A stretch of 63,255 bases of DNA, the filler included, from Dicyema japonicum (taxonomy: Eukaryota > Animalia > Dicyemida): NCBI GenBank assembly GCA_011109175.1. It is 5 parts of 5 records of this genome, joined end to end, with 100 filler letters (N's around TTAATTAATTAA, not from the genome) between each part and the next. Parts side by side here need not be neighbours in the genome. Positions count along the whole stretch, not along the records: positions 1 to 22,229 come from RDEW01000179.1; positions 22,330 to 38,654 come from RDEW01000023.1; 3 more parts are not named here. One strand, written 5' to 3'. A model generated the notes under the pieces. It had not been told where the DNA came from and did no database searches. It saw only the letters and a program-made list of their open reading frames with translations. Position 1 is the stretch's first letter. Every line of letters starts with the position of its first letter. The translations under genes were made by a program, and so were the position numbers. Positions 11,900-26,030 of this stretch are shown piece after piece.

Positions 11900-12960
11900 A
11901 GAAAACAAAGAAGTGAAAAGCATAACTTGATCCTTCCTCGAATAGTTATTATAACTGTTCTTCGCGTGTGTTCTGCCTGAGAGAGCGAATATTATTAATA
12001 ATTCAAGTCGGGAAATATATATCCCATCTATAATTTTTCGAGTTTTTAAATATAAAATTTTATTAAAGAATGAAGAGAGTAAACGGTCATTCGCAGCCAT
12101 TTTCAAATTCTATCAAATAAATTGGATAATTTTGCTCAACTATGCCGTCACGATATGCAAGGACTTGGCCTTGTATCCTCGGAGCCTTTGGCCTGCATTT
12201 TAAATGCTCTATAGATAACTTTTTGCACAATTTTTCCACGTAAACATTGCAAAAATTTTTTGCCATTATCGGTTTGAAGAATTGAAGGTGGGCCGACAAT
12301 GTAAATCAGGTTTGATAATAATTCTGTTATTTTCAAAGATGTTTAACTTATTGCGAGTTCGATCATATTTTGAGAAGGAATCAATAACTACCAGTATCTT
12401 TTTAATAAGAAACAAATTTTGATACTCAAGAAAAGGAGTCGTTTATAGACGAGTATTTCCTGAGATCTATAAGATTGGCAATATAACGATCTCTGAGACC
12501 AATCGCGATTATGGGAATATCCGTGGTTTTGTTTAAAAAAAGACGTTTTGATTGACAAAAACACACTTTCGTATTATCCAGGTGACTTCGTTACACCATT
12601 TAGTTTTCAATTTTGAGAAAAAAACGATCTACACCATAATGATTTTAATCGTGCTCAGCCTAAAATTAATCTAAAAAAATAAATTAACTTGGCGGCATGA
12701 GGTTCACCTGTTGTTGTGGTAGCGCTTGGTGCAAGTTTTGCCTGCAAAAAGAACCGTTTGAAAACCTCTCTACGTCTTTTGGAAGGATGGCCTACCAAAT
12801 AAATAAATTACTTCAAAAAATTTAAGTTCAGCTCAATATCTTCAGCACAAAAGAATCGTAACTTGTAGTCTTTGCTCCATAAACAAATTCGTTCTTCTTC
12901 AAAAATAAAATTTTTATTAAACGATCTTTTTCTCCTCTTGGATGTATAACTTATCCTTCA
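11900..12960 (-). mobile_element. rve-type integrase remnant (Gypsy/Ginger-like)
   Basis: KDVERFSNGSFCRQ (zinc-binding end), LVVIDSFSKY, GPPSILQTDNGKKF and CRPKAPRIQGQV. Confidence 0.7.
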
Positions 12961-13049
12961 TTTCTTTTGATTTTTAAACGTTTTTTTTGATATTTGTACA
13001 AAAGCATTTTAGCACGCTTAAATTAAAATTATTCCAAAGAACAAAGGTT

Positions 13050-13650
13050 ACCAAACTAACTCACTCCTTGATCCTGACTCGTTCCAGCATTCCAGAACTT
13101 GTCTCCAGGTAAGGACATTTGTATCGGGGAAGAATAATTGGATCCTCTTGATGTCGGCCAGGCATTAAGGCGTCGCCTCAGCAAGGTAGATTCATTGACG
13201 CCATCGGAAGGAAGCAAAATATGGCCAACTAGCCACATATATCACCAGACGGCACTTCCAGCCCCAATGACAAGAGTCGTCTGAAACAGATACACGATTT
13301 TGTTTCTACGAGAAGCATCTGAACACTCTGGAGACAATAAAATACTACAGCGATTCCCTTTTCCAATAGACCAATCAGAATCCTCTCTTCCGAGGGACGT
13401 CCGAGCAAACCTGGCTCATATACGATGTGAGCACCACCCATATCTACCAACATATGATATACTCTATCCCTTTTGCAACCTCCACGTGTTGACAACAAAT
13501 CACCTATTTGAATGTCATGAATTGGCACATCGTTCCTCTACAATGCCGGACTGACCGATCTATTAGAGCGACCAACATCTGCTGCGTCCTACTTAATAGC
13601 TGCTGGCTTCCTACAAGTTAGTGAGGCTGGGGTTACTTAACTAACTAACT
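13050..13650 (+). mobile_element. I-group LINE C-terminal zinc-finger end with (TAAC)n tail
   Basis: RANLAHIRCEHHPYL..PFC..TTNHLFEC; tail ggggttacttaactaactaact; paralog at 20600-20945. Confidence 0.75.
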
Positions 13651-14599
13651 AATAGTGGTGATATATCAGACTAGCGATTTATCAGACTGTGACACACTAT
13701 ATGTAATTTATTGGGAGAGACGCTTGCTTTTAATCGAGTTTATGCTTCTTGAATCACTTCTACTCTAACGACAGCGAAAACTCCTCAGGGCATTCAACTT
13801 GCAAAGGAACCTTTTCTATAAAATCCTTTTCAGTACTTTATAAACTCACGATAATATGAGCTGCCATCATACCCAATAAGAAAGCTATCTGTAGGCATCG
13901 GATTACTTAGCTGAAGATATTTTTCTTAAGTAATGAATTAACAGAAGCCATTTTATCCGAGTAGCGAGATGTCTCGAAGCAGCTAAATATTATGTAAAAT
14001 TGGACCCCTCAGATATGATGCATTAGCCAAAGTTTTGACAGACAATTCTCTGTGGAAAAGTGGGAAATACCTGTCTGTGGTTTTATTAGATCTCAACAAC
14101 TCAACCATCTTTAGTGGGAGCAGAGACCTTCAAAGAAAATAAATAAGCGGTTTTAAAAAGACAATTCGCCTATTTGCTCGTAGCATCTGAAACCTCAGAG
14201 AATCTAAAATCAAAATAGCTTTTCTTTCTACATAATACTTGAATTTTCTTTAATCGGCTTGATTTTGAATTTAAATTTTTTTCAGAGTTAAAACAAATAA
14301 ATAGAACTATCTCCACATCTAAAAACGAATTATGAGAATTCTCAGATGGTTCTGGAGTCGAAATTCTTTGAATCTTCCATTTTCTTCTGATTATATCTAA
14401 AAATTTACAAACTTCACAATTTCGAATGATTTTTCCAATGATGCCATTCTTAAATATTGTTGTCGATATTCATATCGATTTTGATGACTCATTTATGTGG
14501 ACACTCGTGTTGGGGTTTTGACATGATCTCCATTTCTGTTTTATTATCAAGGAATATAACTAATTTCGGATCAGACATTGTCGGGAGCGCAATAGGCAC

Positions 14600-14850
14600 A
14601 CTGTATGCCACTGAAAAAAAACAATGAAAAAAAATTCGAAGCGCTGCCTGATCGGTTCACGTTCCGCTCCATAGTAGTTATAACTATCGGAGAAATAATC
14701 GCTTCGTTTCCTAAGGAAAGTGAGACGCCTAGCTACACTAAAAACCCACGACGCACGTGGAATAATCGCTTCGTTTCCAGTTTATTTCTGTTGCTTTCGT
14801 GAGATGCAACGCAACGTCGATAATGTCAGCGGGGTCCACTTTGGATAATA
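14600..14850 (+). mobile_element. CRE-like LINE 3' end
   Basis: Homologous to 48417-48650, ending ..gtcagcggggtccactttgg. Confidence 0.65.
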
Positions 14851-15089
14851 ACATTAATTTTTTTACCTAATTGCAATTAACTTTTTGATATTTCATCGCA
14901 ATTTTAAAAATTAAAAATAATGGAAATGGTGATCATATTCTTAAATGGAGATTTAAAAAAATTTGTTTTTGTCGATGTTAAGACAATTACAGAACACTAT
15001 TGTCAGACATTGAAAAAAATCTAAAAATATTAGCTGCAAGTACAGCTCCATTATCACAGAAGCTAAATTCGTTAGAAACTGAACAAATC

Positions 15090-15320
15090 GTCAGAGAATT
15101 AATAAGTAGAATTAAAGTGAAAAATATGTCCCTTAATCTAATGAATTGGAGTTAATTCACCATACAAAAGTAAAGGTTGTCCCAATATTCATCACTTGAG
15201 GTGGTAACATCTTACTTTTCAGACAGCCTATTGATTATAAACGAGAAGAAATATGCTCGTATTCATCACCAAAGAAACTCTTAGAAAATGATTGCCTTCA
15301 ATAGACAACGAATTAGCTAT
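15090..15320 (+). mobile_element. R4-like RLE remnant
   Basis: NELELIHHTKVKVVPIFIT*GG, the same RLE segment as in 23022-23573. Confidence 0.55.
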
Positions 15321-18300
15321 GTGGACTCAATATTCTAATAAACAAACGGATTGAGGATATATACCACTCAGACTTAAATGAAACTCTTTTGTTCCCCATT
15401 CCTTCTGTCTTTCCAATAGTTAACGATGACACAATTAGGTTAAAGTTTAAAATTTAAGCTGTCACTGGTGACAGTTAAGTGGAAGAGGCCTCTGAATTCA
15501 ATGAGTCATATCAAGGATAAAGAGAGAAACAATCAACATATGACCACTTATCGAATTAACTCTTTATCCTTGATATATTTCGATAAATTGTGTGCATTAG
15601 GGCACTAAAGATGATATTTTAATTTTTGAAAATTGAATATAGAGTCCAACCTCGATTTCGAGATTCTCGTGACGTCATCAACCCTAAGAGACGACTATCC
15701 AGCCTATATCATATTACTCCTGCTATTTGATTTCACAAAAAGTAAACACGTTTTTTTATTATAGGGAAATTAATCTGCTCTTAAGAAAAGTCAAATTTGT
15801 AAATTTCTCATGTTTTTTTTTCTCCAAAGTTGTTGNTGTAAATTTCTCATGTTTTTTTTCTCCAAAGTTGTGAACTTTCTCTGATTTCTTTGACAATTCA
15901 TCAAACGTGTGTGGTTTGAGAAACTCTCTAGTATTTTTACAGAAATTGTGGGATTTGTTGATACGTGAGTTTTTCACCAAAATTGAGAGTTTTTTCCATA
16001 TTTTATAATCTTTTCTTTCAATAAGACGTGTTATAGTTTTGAATTTTGACTTTGAAAACAAGTCTTTTTTAAAGTCTTAGAGATATTCCTTCAAATTCGA
16101 AAGAATTTTCATTTCATCAGTCTTACAGTAAAAATCGTATATCTTTCAACCCCATTTGCTTTTCCAAAATCATAATGGCATTTTTAAAGCTCTTTCGTAC
16201 AGCTTTTGGGACAATTAAGGACCACATACGGTGGATGACGTAGTTGATTGCAAGAACTGGGATCACCTAAATGTATGACGTTATGTCTGTCTTTTGTGCA
16301 TAAGGTATATCACTAGCTAAAGACGAATTATCATTCAATGATCATCCCCTTTCAAAGTACTGTTCGACTTACTCATACACCTTGCCTTGGAGAAAAGGGT
16401 TTGATGCTCTGTATTATTTAATGATTGATAAGTTCGAAGAGACTTTCCGTATCCGACATTTTCCTAGTAGGACAAAAAGATACTATAGAAAAAAACCTTA
16501 ATGGAAAACCCACACTCTTCACTCTATGTGATCTCGAATCTGATCATTTTTCGATCAACCATAAAAACCATTGAAACACCTAAATATCAAAAGAAGCTCA
16601 AATCTCTTCAGATTTTGCTGAAAGACCGTCGGGTATACAAAAAACAGTGATAAATATAAAGAAAAATTGCAAATCTTAGCACACCTGTTGTGGAGTATCG
16701 TGATCAGTGATCACTTAATCGTTGGTTTAACTCCTTGTTTTCTTCGTAGATTTTATTTAGTTAATAATAGTTATTACTTATGGTCCTTCAAATATAATAA
16801 ACATTAAATCCAGCCAGTGAGCTATTCTCAGAATTCTTCTTCAACTTTGTAATTATTCATCAACACAAAACCAGCGTAATATTAAACTTATTTCCATGTG
16901 ATCCAGATGCGTTCATTCAGTGACCTCATCTTTACCCGGTGTTCATCGCTCGTGCCGAGTATCAATAGATAAATTTTAAATTAAAAAATTAATAAAATTA
17001 ATTTTATAAAAAATTTGATTATTTTTTTAAACAAATTTATTCACGTTACCTCTTATTGCAATCTTGTAGTGGGAAACTATTCCCTCGAACTTTCAAAACT
17101 GATATGACTTCTAGTCTGTTCATACCAATGTAGGTCTTACACTTGATTATTTTTCGGTTAAACATAAAATTATGTCATAATCCCCCAAAATTTTGTCATT
17201 GTCAACGTTTTCAAAGAATAAGGCTACTTTTCGTGCATTCCATTTGGTAATTTTTTCTTTATATTTGAAGAAAATGAGACACTTCTTATGGTGTAAATTT
17301 AATAAAGCCTTTTGTTGTCCACTAGGAAGGAAATTTTCAAAAATGAAGAATCCTTGATTGAAATCGAATCGTCGATACGACTCTGCATATCTCTATAGTT
17401 CTCGTTTCACCACACGAAGGTTCATAAAAGGTTGAATACATCGGAAGGAGACTCGATGCAATAGATTCTCCAGACCTTTAAATAATCTGCATGAGTTGAT
17501 TTGTCGTATTTTCAGCACACAAATCTTGTAAGTTATTATGAGTGTCAGAAGTGATTTTTCGAGACAGAAGAAGGTGGTTGTTTTGATCTATGACTTTCCC
17601 CAAATAGAAATTTCCTATAAGAGACGATGTTGTGGACTATGCATCAGGGACTTTACTCCGGTTTTTCATACTTAAATAAAACTGACTAAATATATACGAA
17701 TAATCATTGTGTTCAATAGTGCACGTGGTATGCCGTGATCTGTACAGGATGGGAAAGCTTTATTAGTAGCGACAACCAAATAGTCATACTGTTATAAATT
17801 ATTTACGTTCATTCTCAAGACTGACCATAAATTTTCAAATTCTATAATTTTCTGAAAACAGGACACAGAACTTTTAGTTCTTCATTTCTCTGCACTGAAG
17901 AGATAAATTCGACAGTAAGGCACTTATTGCCCGGTCTCGATAAAAAATTTATTTTCCTACATAGATGATTCACCACCAATGCTACTACTCTGAAAAAGAA
18001 GTTAACAGTTAAAAAAATCCCAGTCACAGACAAAAAGTCTTTCGAATTGGAAACTCAAAAATTGCAAATTATCCCCCAACTGTTTTTGAGAACAATTATG
18101 ACATAATACTAAGTCAAGATTCTTGGAGCAACTTTTTGAAATACTGATGACTTTCAAAAAACGTGTGATGAATGTAATCTGCTTTCATTCTACAAGCTGA
18201 GTAGATATTCAGTGCAATAAGTCACAACTATAACCTCCCGAACATGTAATCTTAATAATTTGCTGAGCATTGAATTTTAAAATGAGCATAGAAATAGTTA

Positions 18301-20599
18301 ATGAAGTAAAGTCTCTCTAATAGATCGTTTTTGATTGCGCTGATATACTTAACAAAATTTTAGGTTAAGAATAGCTAAACTCAATATTTTTTTCATTTTT
18401 GAATTTTATTCGTATAATCTTTGGGTATCAAATTTATATCCTATGTTTATTATTATCGCACAAAAACATGAAAGAAGACAAGAGATTTCATCCATCACAA
18501 ACTAAATCGATATTTAAGCCAAAATATAAATCACCACATCGTGTAATTAGTCTTCATTTAACATTATAACCAAACTAGTTATTTACTATATCGGTTAATA
18601 TATATATAAACGAAACCTAGGTTTGGAAGAGGATATCGAAAATCTGTGTTTTGGTAACGAACACAGAAAACTCATTTTTATGCAAAGAAATGCTGTAATT
18701 TTAAACGAACCTGAATTTTGATTTTATACATTAACATTTTGGAAATCCATACAGAGTTAGGGGAAAAGTGAACAGGAATCTAGTTAAGAGAATATATCTG
18801 TCTGTAAACCAAAAGAACTGACTGATCTCATCTGTCATTGTGCAATTCGATAAGTGAATATTTTAAGTTACATAAACCATTAACGCAATTAAATCAAAAA
18901 AGAATCATAATTAGCTTAACTAAAGGAATGGTACGGTGAAGAGTGATTCTTTATGGGATTTCATTTTGATATAAATATTAGCAATGACGCCAGTAAGCAT
19001 TATAAATAGTACCAATGACATTGTAGTCCGACAACTCCACACACGATTCCAATAATTTGAAGTTTTGTCAATTTTTTACGGCTTTACTTTCAGACGAAAT
19101 TAGTTTTTACTAGATCAGAAAATTGCCAGGGAAATCATCGAAGATCGTTGTAAACTCGTTGTACATGTTCTACGGCTATACCCTGTGCTGGACAGGTAAA
19201 GGGACCCAAAACTCAGATCCATGACAGAAGCTAAAAGTTTCTGAGCGGATTTGCGATTGACTTTTATGAAATCTCAATTGGAATATTAATATATTTCAAA
19301 AAAATATAAATTGTTTGGTTACTTGTGCTGTTACTGGTTACAACTGCGGCAACAGACCTAATCATTTTCCGTAGACTAACAATCATGCAGGGAGAATTGA
19401 ACATGAGCCAAACTACTGCTTCTCGACTTGTTTGACTGAATATTTGTATTACAACTGACGCATAAAATCATATTATCACTTTTAGAACATATAATTACAA
19501 ATATTTTACAAGTTTTGGATGATTTATGCTCGAAATTTATAATCCAACTTCAAAATGATAAATAACTCAATTTCTCTATTCAATGGTTTTTATAAATCAA
19601 CTTTTTAATATGTGAGCGATTTATAGGAATTACATGCACAATAGTTAGGAATGCATAAAACATAAACATAATACTCTTATATATATATCAACTCAAATAT
19701 TACAAATTTACATATCCAACATAGTTTATCGCCCCTAACATTTAATCAATCAGTTAACATCACTCAAATATTACAGATTGATTCTCTTATGACTATAATG
19801 TTGACATTTTGAGTAGAAAGTAAAGAGTAATATCTACACTAAATTCCAATAATTCATGTTGGTTTTAATCCATACTGTACGAGAATTTTTTTTTAAATTG
19901 ATTACCACGTGGATTTAATCTCTAAGAATATTTTAATTAGTAAATTGTAACCTTCATGTGGTCCACGTGTCTAAGGTTTTGCCACTTTCAGCTTCAAATA
20001 CCCGAAAGGAATTCCTAGCCTACAACAAGCGATTGAACTCAGACGAGATCGGGTCTCAACGGGGATCGTTGAAAAACAAACCGATCCACGATCTGTGGTA
20101 CTTCAACTTTTCAAATTTTCAGCAGTACTTGCTGTGGAACCCGTTTACAACGATAACATGAGCGAATTCCCATTAGAGATTGTGTCCTTGCACGTTGAAT
20201 GCAAGCAAGGCACTTCCCAGAAATTCGTCTGCATGACATCGGTTGTGTATTTTCTGTCTACGTGGATACGATAATAGTTATTTGTCCTATAAATTGTTAT
20301 GAGTAGTTGTTCTATTTGTTTCAAGTTTCTGTAAATAATCTAAAAGTAGGCTAGTCGATTAACTTGCTCCTCTTGAGAAATTAAATGTGAAAAATATCCA
20401 TTTAATTTCGCTTCCAATGCAGTTCGTGACCGAATATTATTCAAATGTGATTTTTCTGTTTTTTTAATTTTGAAATTACATTGTGATTTCCTTTCAGTAA
20501 TAATTGACACCTCTTATAAGTGACAATAAAAAGCCTCAAAAATATAAAAAATAATTGTTATTAATTAACCATTTCAGAATAATATATTAATTCTTCAAC

Positions 20600-20945
20600 T
20601 ATGATAAGCATCCGAAGACTCGGAGACAATAAAATATTACAGCGATTTCCTTATCCGATAGACCAATCAGAATCCTCTCTTTCAAGGGACGTGCGAGTAA
20701 ACCTGGCTCGTCTACGATGTGGGCACCACCCATATCTACCAACATATGATATACTCTGCCCCTTTTGCAACTTCCACGAGCTGACAACAAATCACCTATT
20801 TGAATGTCATGAATTGGCACAACGTTTCTCCACAATGCCGGAACTGACCGATCTATGGGAGCACCCAACATCTGCTGCGTACTACTTAATAGCTGCTGGC
20901 CTCCTACAAGTTAGTGAGGCTGGGGTTACTTAACTAACTAACTAA
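20600..20945 (+). mobile_element. Second copy of the I-group LINE C-terminal end
   Basis: VRVNLARLRCGHHPYL..CPFC..TTNHLFEC; (TAAC)n tail. Confidence 0.78.
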
Positions 20946-20981
20946 TTTAACTATCACGACACGGTTGAAGCCTGTAATGGA

Positions 20982-21290
20982 CTATTTGATGATGGATTTG
21001 GTCGTCACAAGCAGAAATTTTTTAACCATCCCTTTTAGACTTTTTGTATCTATATGGGTTGTAATGGGAGAAACTCTCTTTGAATCCGTGTAGAAATAGT
21101 GTCTTGGAAGGTACTGACGAATAAGATCTAGATCAAATTTGTCCAGTATTTTTTCTTCAGAACAAAGAAGTGATATCTGCCTGTAAGACGACGAAAGGTC
21201 ATTGAGTCTTACCGGTTTCAGAATTATTATTATTAACCCCCGGCTTACCATTGTAGGCCCAGCACAAACAGTCATAACTAACTAATCCAA
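20982..21290 (-). mobile_element. LINE RT N-terminal remnant
   Basis: ILKP...SSYRQISLLCSEEKILDK. Confidence 0.7.
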
Positions 21291-21599
21291 GGAAGGAACC
21301 AAAGGGAGAACATCTGCTTGTGCCGGTTTCAGAATTGATTTTATATCCGGGAATCCGAGACGGTATTTTTATGATTATAATTTAATGTTTAAATTAAAAT
21401 TAAAAAAATTATAAATTTATAAATTAATATTTTAAATGTATGAATGGTTGGGTATGCAGGACTTGGAGATTCTGCACCAAATTAAATCAAAATGAATGCT
21501 TATTACTAAGGTTTTATAACAAAATGAATGAATTAAAGTCGGATTTTAGGAGAGCAAAATACAATGTTATACGATAAATATATGTTTTAGGCAAAAATA

Positions 21600-22125
21600 G
21601 ATTATTTGAAGGATTTATATGAAAAGGACTGGATTTCTCAAGGCGTTCACTCATTCTCCAGTATCTTCCCGCCCAACGTTAGAGCTTCTATACAAAAATT
21701 CGTTCTACCTAGTATCGAGTATGCTTTTGCTGCATGGATTGCTCCTTTATTAATATCGGCACAGAGCGAGCTGGAGGTTTTACAAAATCGGTGTCTCAGG
21801 ATTCTATTAAGATCGTCAAAAAAGACGTCCACCTCGTTACTACGGAGAACACTAAACGTCTCCCCTTTAACGGAATACTTAATGGAACGTCACCAGGACT
21901 TCCTCAAGATGGCAAAATCCTTTGACCATCCCTTCTAACCGCACATCAGACTATATATGGACGCCTGCCCGAGATATGAGAAGAAACCTTCCCCGCTGTG
22001 GAGATTAATTCAGGACTCCATAACTAACCGCAGGAAAAGGACTGGTATGGACACCGGGATCACTTAATTTGACGATAACTTTTATCCTCTTTCTCGTGAT
22101 TTCGGGTCAATAAAATAAATAAATG
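21600..22125 (+). mobile_element. LINE 3' end with hairpin tail
   Basis: FVLPSIEYAFAAW..LEVLQNRCLRIL; tail gggatcac..gtgatttc then gggtcaataaaataaataaa. Confidence 0.8.
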
Positions 22126-22229
22126 TGAAAAGGACAAAAAAAATAATCCGAGAAGTGGTCAATCGTATTAAAATTCTTGAAAATGCTTTGATTTATGCTA
22201 ATAATTAAGACTGACATTGTTCGAACGTA

Positions 22230-22329
22230 NNNNNNNNNNNNNNNNNNNNNNNNNNNNNNNNNNNNNNNNNNNNTTAATTAATTAANNNNNNNNNNNNNNN
22301 NNNNNNNNNNNNNNNNNNNNNNNNNNNNN
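22230..22329. other. Artificial scaffold spacer
   Basis: N44-TTAATTAATTAA-N44, which places stops in all six frames. Confidence 0.97.
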
Positions 22330-22840
22330 AACACTGAATTTCTCGTTTTATATACCATTCCGCTTTCATCTTCAAAAATCCAATAATCAATCCCAATCTG
22401 ACAATGGATTCTGCTTCTCCCCTGCTTGTTAAGACAAGCTTAACAATAGGCAAGCTAACACCACGGCGTACAAATCTTTCAGCTCGGAACTCTCCTGTCA
22501 ACTTTGACCGAAGAAAATCCTTTAATTCATCCATCTCTATCCATGTCGGAACATTTTTTAGAATGATAGTCGAAGGAGGCAATTTTACTTCCTCCATCTC
22601 ATGTCCACCCAATCCAAAAGGATTACTATCATTAATTGATTTTTTGAAATCTTCAAGGTCTTCCAAGTTCTTAAACTGCAGGATAAAATCGCCAGTATGT
22701 CGACGAGAAATCCTAGCTCTTCTGGCTGATTCCATCCCATCAAAGATGTTAACAATAGTTAAATTCCCATGTTTAGAATTAATAATTAACCTGACAGAGA
22801 ACATTGACACACACACATGACAGAAACTGTAGTCAGACAC
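22330..22840 (-). mobile_element. LINE ORF1 (gag-like), open frame cut by the spacer at the zinc knuckle
   Basis: IILKNVPTWIEMDEL..PIVKLVLTSRGEAE..GLIIGFLKMKAEWY..IQC; homologous to 29030-30060 and 34500-35300. Confidence 0.75.
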
Positions 22841-23021
22841 TCACCTTTACTGCGGGAAGGTTTTAGAATAGCAAATCCGAAAATATTTAGGTGATGCCAT
22901 ATTATTGAGATATTTGTATCTTATAACATTAAACTGATAAGGTTGAATTAAGTAATTCAAATTAAGAATAAAATTTAAAATTAATTGAATTTATTTAATA
23001 ACGAATAAATTAACCAATTAA

Positions 23022-24510
23022 TTAATAAAGCGTATTTTGATCCAGATTGTTGGTAATCCCTCTTCTTCTCTTAGAAGAAGAGTGTGCCATAACCTCCCTG
23101 TTACTCCGCATCTCCACATCATATTCAGTCAAAATATCTCCGTTAGAGTCCAGTGGGCTGTCTTCACGGCATGCCAGTTCCACAAGTTGGGAGGTAGCAG
23201 AGGCGTACTCTTCATCGTATACCTTTATCCCATGCTTATGTTCAATGAGCATACTTTCGAGCGTTCTCTTCAGTACAACCGATTGGATGTAAGTCCTCGT
23301 TGATTCTTCAATAGATAATTTATCCATATGATTCTTGAAGCATCTTGAGACAACTCCATCCCATGTCAAAACCACTGGAATAATCTTCACTTGGAATTCA
23401 TAGAGCAGCGAAAGTTCATTTGCTAGCAAGTCATATTTGTGAAGTTTCTCAACTTCAACTTGCTTTAGTCGGTCTTGTGAGGTAATCCCCACTTCAATTA
23501 ACGTTAATTCCTTCTTTATTTTGTCATACACGAAAATATCAGGTTTATTGTATTGGACTTTTGTTTCTGTCAAAATCGACGAGTCAACTCTAATTTCGAC
23601 NATAAAGTTTAATTTATTATTTTACATATATGGGATCATTCTTTTCTCGGAGAATTAATTATTATAGTTATGTTTGAAATCTTTCTTTTCCGTTCAAAAT
23701 AAATTTGGGTCATCTATCTAACCATGTGGCATTGTAAGACTTTAATTAAAAATGTAAATTCATTTACATTTTTAATAAATGTCTTTCGGATTGCGGATTA
23801 TGAAGTTTCGGTTTATTAAAGCCTGTTTACATGGAAACTTGGCTAGATTTTGCTAACTCATCGAAAAAAATTCGGATTATTGAAGTTCGGATTAATGAGG
23901 GTTTACTGTATTATCTAATCTACTATCGAATAACATGGCGTGATTTTGACATGACATTGATTGACATGTTATATCTTCGGAGATAATCACTATTTAGCAT
24001 TTTACCACACTGAGTGGCCAAATGATCAACAGTTTTCTTGCTTTTTTTACAATGGTTGCAAAATGACCCCGTATGTGCAAAAAAACAAATTCCTATCTTG
24101 CAGAAGGCAGTACAATGCTTTGCTCCGTGGACCGTTATTTCCTTTGGATAACTATTCTGAGGAAGTAGATAAGTCGACATTTGTTTCATCAACACATTTG
24201 AACAAAATAGAGTGTAGTGTTCTGCAATAAATTTTATTTAATAAATATTTTTTTTGAGTGTCCTTAAGGGTCTTACTTTCCCTGTCGGCAATTGCATATT
24301 TAGAGGCAAGAAATCCTGCGATTGTAGTTAAGTCCCATTTTTTTGTTTTTATTACTCCCAGATTCCTCGACCTTCGCAAACACACAGTTGACTGTTTTTC
24401 TAAATTTTTAAGGAACTGGAGGAGTATTAATTCACTCTTAAACGAAATCGAGGTAAGTCCTCTTCCAAAAGACTTTTGTCCAAATACAATTTCTCTTTAT
24501 TTGTAGGTTT
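23022..24510 (-). mobile_element. R4/Dong-like RLE non-LTR element; RLE domain intact as a 183-aa ORF
   Basis: CNHCKKSKKTVDHLATQCGKML..DYLRR (CCHC) and YNKPDIFVYDK..LIEVGIT..EKLHKY (PD-(D/E)xK). Confidence 0.88.
23780..23912 (-). mobile_element. pogo/Tc1-mariner-like MITE end inserted in the R4-like element
   Basis: TACAGTAAACCCTC terminus with repeated TCCGAA/ATAATCCG subterminal motifs; a similar end TACAGTAAAACCTC lies near 58440-58452. The partner TIR was not found. Confidence 0.5.
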
Positions 24511-24764
24511 GAGGTGCAACTTGAGTGATGTAAGCAGTTGCCGTATTTGTTAATCAATATCATCAAATTTATAAAGTTAATATTAATTAATTATATATAA
24601 TAGTTAGGGAAATTGCAGACTTTTGTCCAAATACAGTTTCTCTTTATTTGTAGGTTTGAGGTGCAACTTGAGTGATGTAAGCAGTTGCCGTATTTGTTAG
24701 TCAATATAATCAAATTCATAAGGTTAATATTAATTAATTATATATAATAGTTAGGGAAATTGCG
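24471..24764. repeat. Two-copy tandem duplication, 147-bp period
   Basis: Units start at 24471 and 24618, with a few substitutions. Confidence 0.9.
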
Positions 24765-25039
24765 TATTCATTTATTGCACGGAACAAGTTCGCAGAATTT
24801 AACTTAGTTTTAGAAAACATGGTTATTCTCTTCTTAACATTTTCAAGTACACTATAACTTTGTTTTTAAGAACATTACTTCCCTCGTCTTCAAAAACATA
24901 CAAATATCGATATCCACTGACTCATTTTAGAGTGTCACAACATTATAACTATTTAACATTAGAAACTGACTTTTCCGAATTCATCTCCAATCCGGCAACA
25001 TAAAAGAAATCGCTAACAACTTTTATCATTTTAGACTAT

Positions 25040-26030
25040 CCATCGACTCTAACATAAATTTATGGCTTTCAAATTTCCTCAGTGGAAGGAAAGGTCGTAT
25101 ATGCTTGGATGGATTTCGATCAGTCTCAAGATTACTTCCAAATGGAGTTCCCCAAGGCTCCCCCTGTCTCCTGCCTTATTCAACTTATACCTTTCCGACA
25201 TTCCCAACCCAGTTATGGAAGACTCGATAATTCTCGCCTATGCTGATGACCTACTCATTGTTTCACGTGATCAAGACCTCACGAATGCTTCAAAAAAGTA
25301 CAAGAACTCTTGTTGCAAATTCAAACTTGGTTACACCAAAACTGGATGAACATATCTCCCGGAAAATCTTCCACCACTCCATTTACTTGGGACAAAAGGC
25401 TCGGAAGATATACCGTGGAACTATTCCTGGACAACGAAAAAATCCCTTTTACGAAGAACCCTAAAATTCTGGGGGTCATTTTTGATACCTACATGTGTTT
25501 TTCTGCCCAAATTGAGAAGACCATTGGAACTTGTCAGAGAAAAATTGGTTTAATCAAAACCATATTTGGTGGAATAAAAAACCCATTCCCTGCTCTCGGT
25601 ATTCTCTATAAGCAATTCATCGAGCCGAGTATCAGTTATGCCTGTGCAGCATGGGGAATTAATCTCTCGTGGACCAACCGTCTTAAAGTTGTATAACACC
25701 CTATGTCGAGCTGCGACTACCATAATGCACATCGCAAAGCTGAACAATATTCTATCCAGTCACTTTGACCACCTTATCAAGCAAAACGGCAAGAGTTTTT
25801 TAACCCTCCTGCAGGACATGTCGTCAACAGACCGTTCTGTGTCAAGCAGTTTCCAGAAGCACATCACTCCAGTTGGTCTTTTCACGAACACTGTCCACCG
25901 TCGGTACCGTGACTGTGTTGGGTCTAAAGTCCAACATCGGGAGAAGCTGAGATAGCTCATTCGGATTGTCGGGATCACCTAATTATTTTTAAGAGATTAA
26001 CTATTGGTCTTTTTGGGTTAATAATAATAA
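25040..26030 (+). mobile_element. LINE RT 3' half, same family as 1859-4530
   Basis: GVPQGSPLSPALFNLYLSD, AYADDLL, NPKILGVIFD, LYKQFIEPSISYACAAW; gggatcacc tail. Confidence 0.9.

Noticed and set aside
22230-22329. TTAATTAATTAA palindrome inside N runs (four times)
   Set aside because: Identical 100-nt artificial scaffold spacer, not biology; ORFs ending in ...XXXLIN are artefacts.
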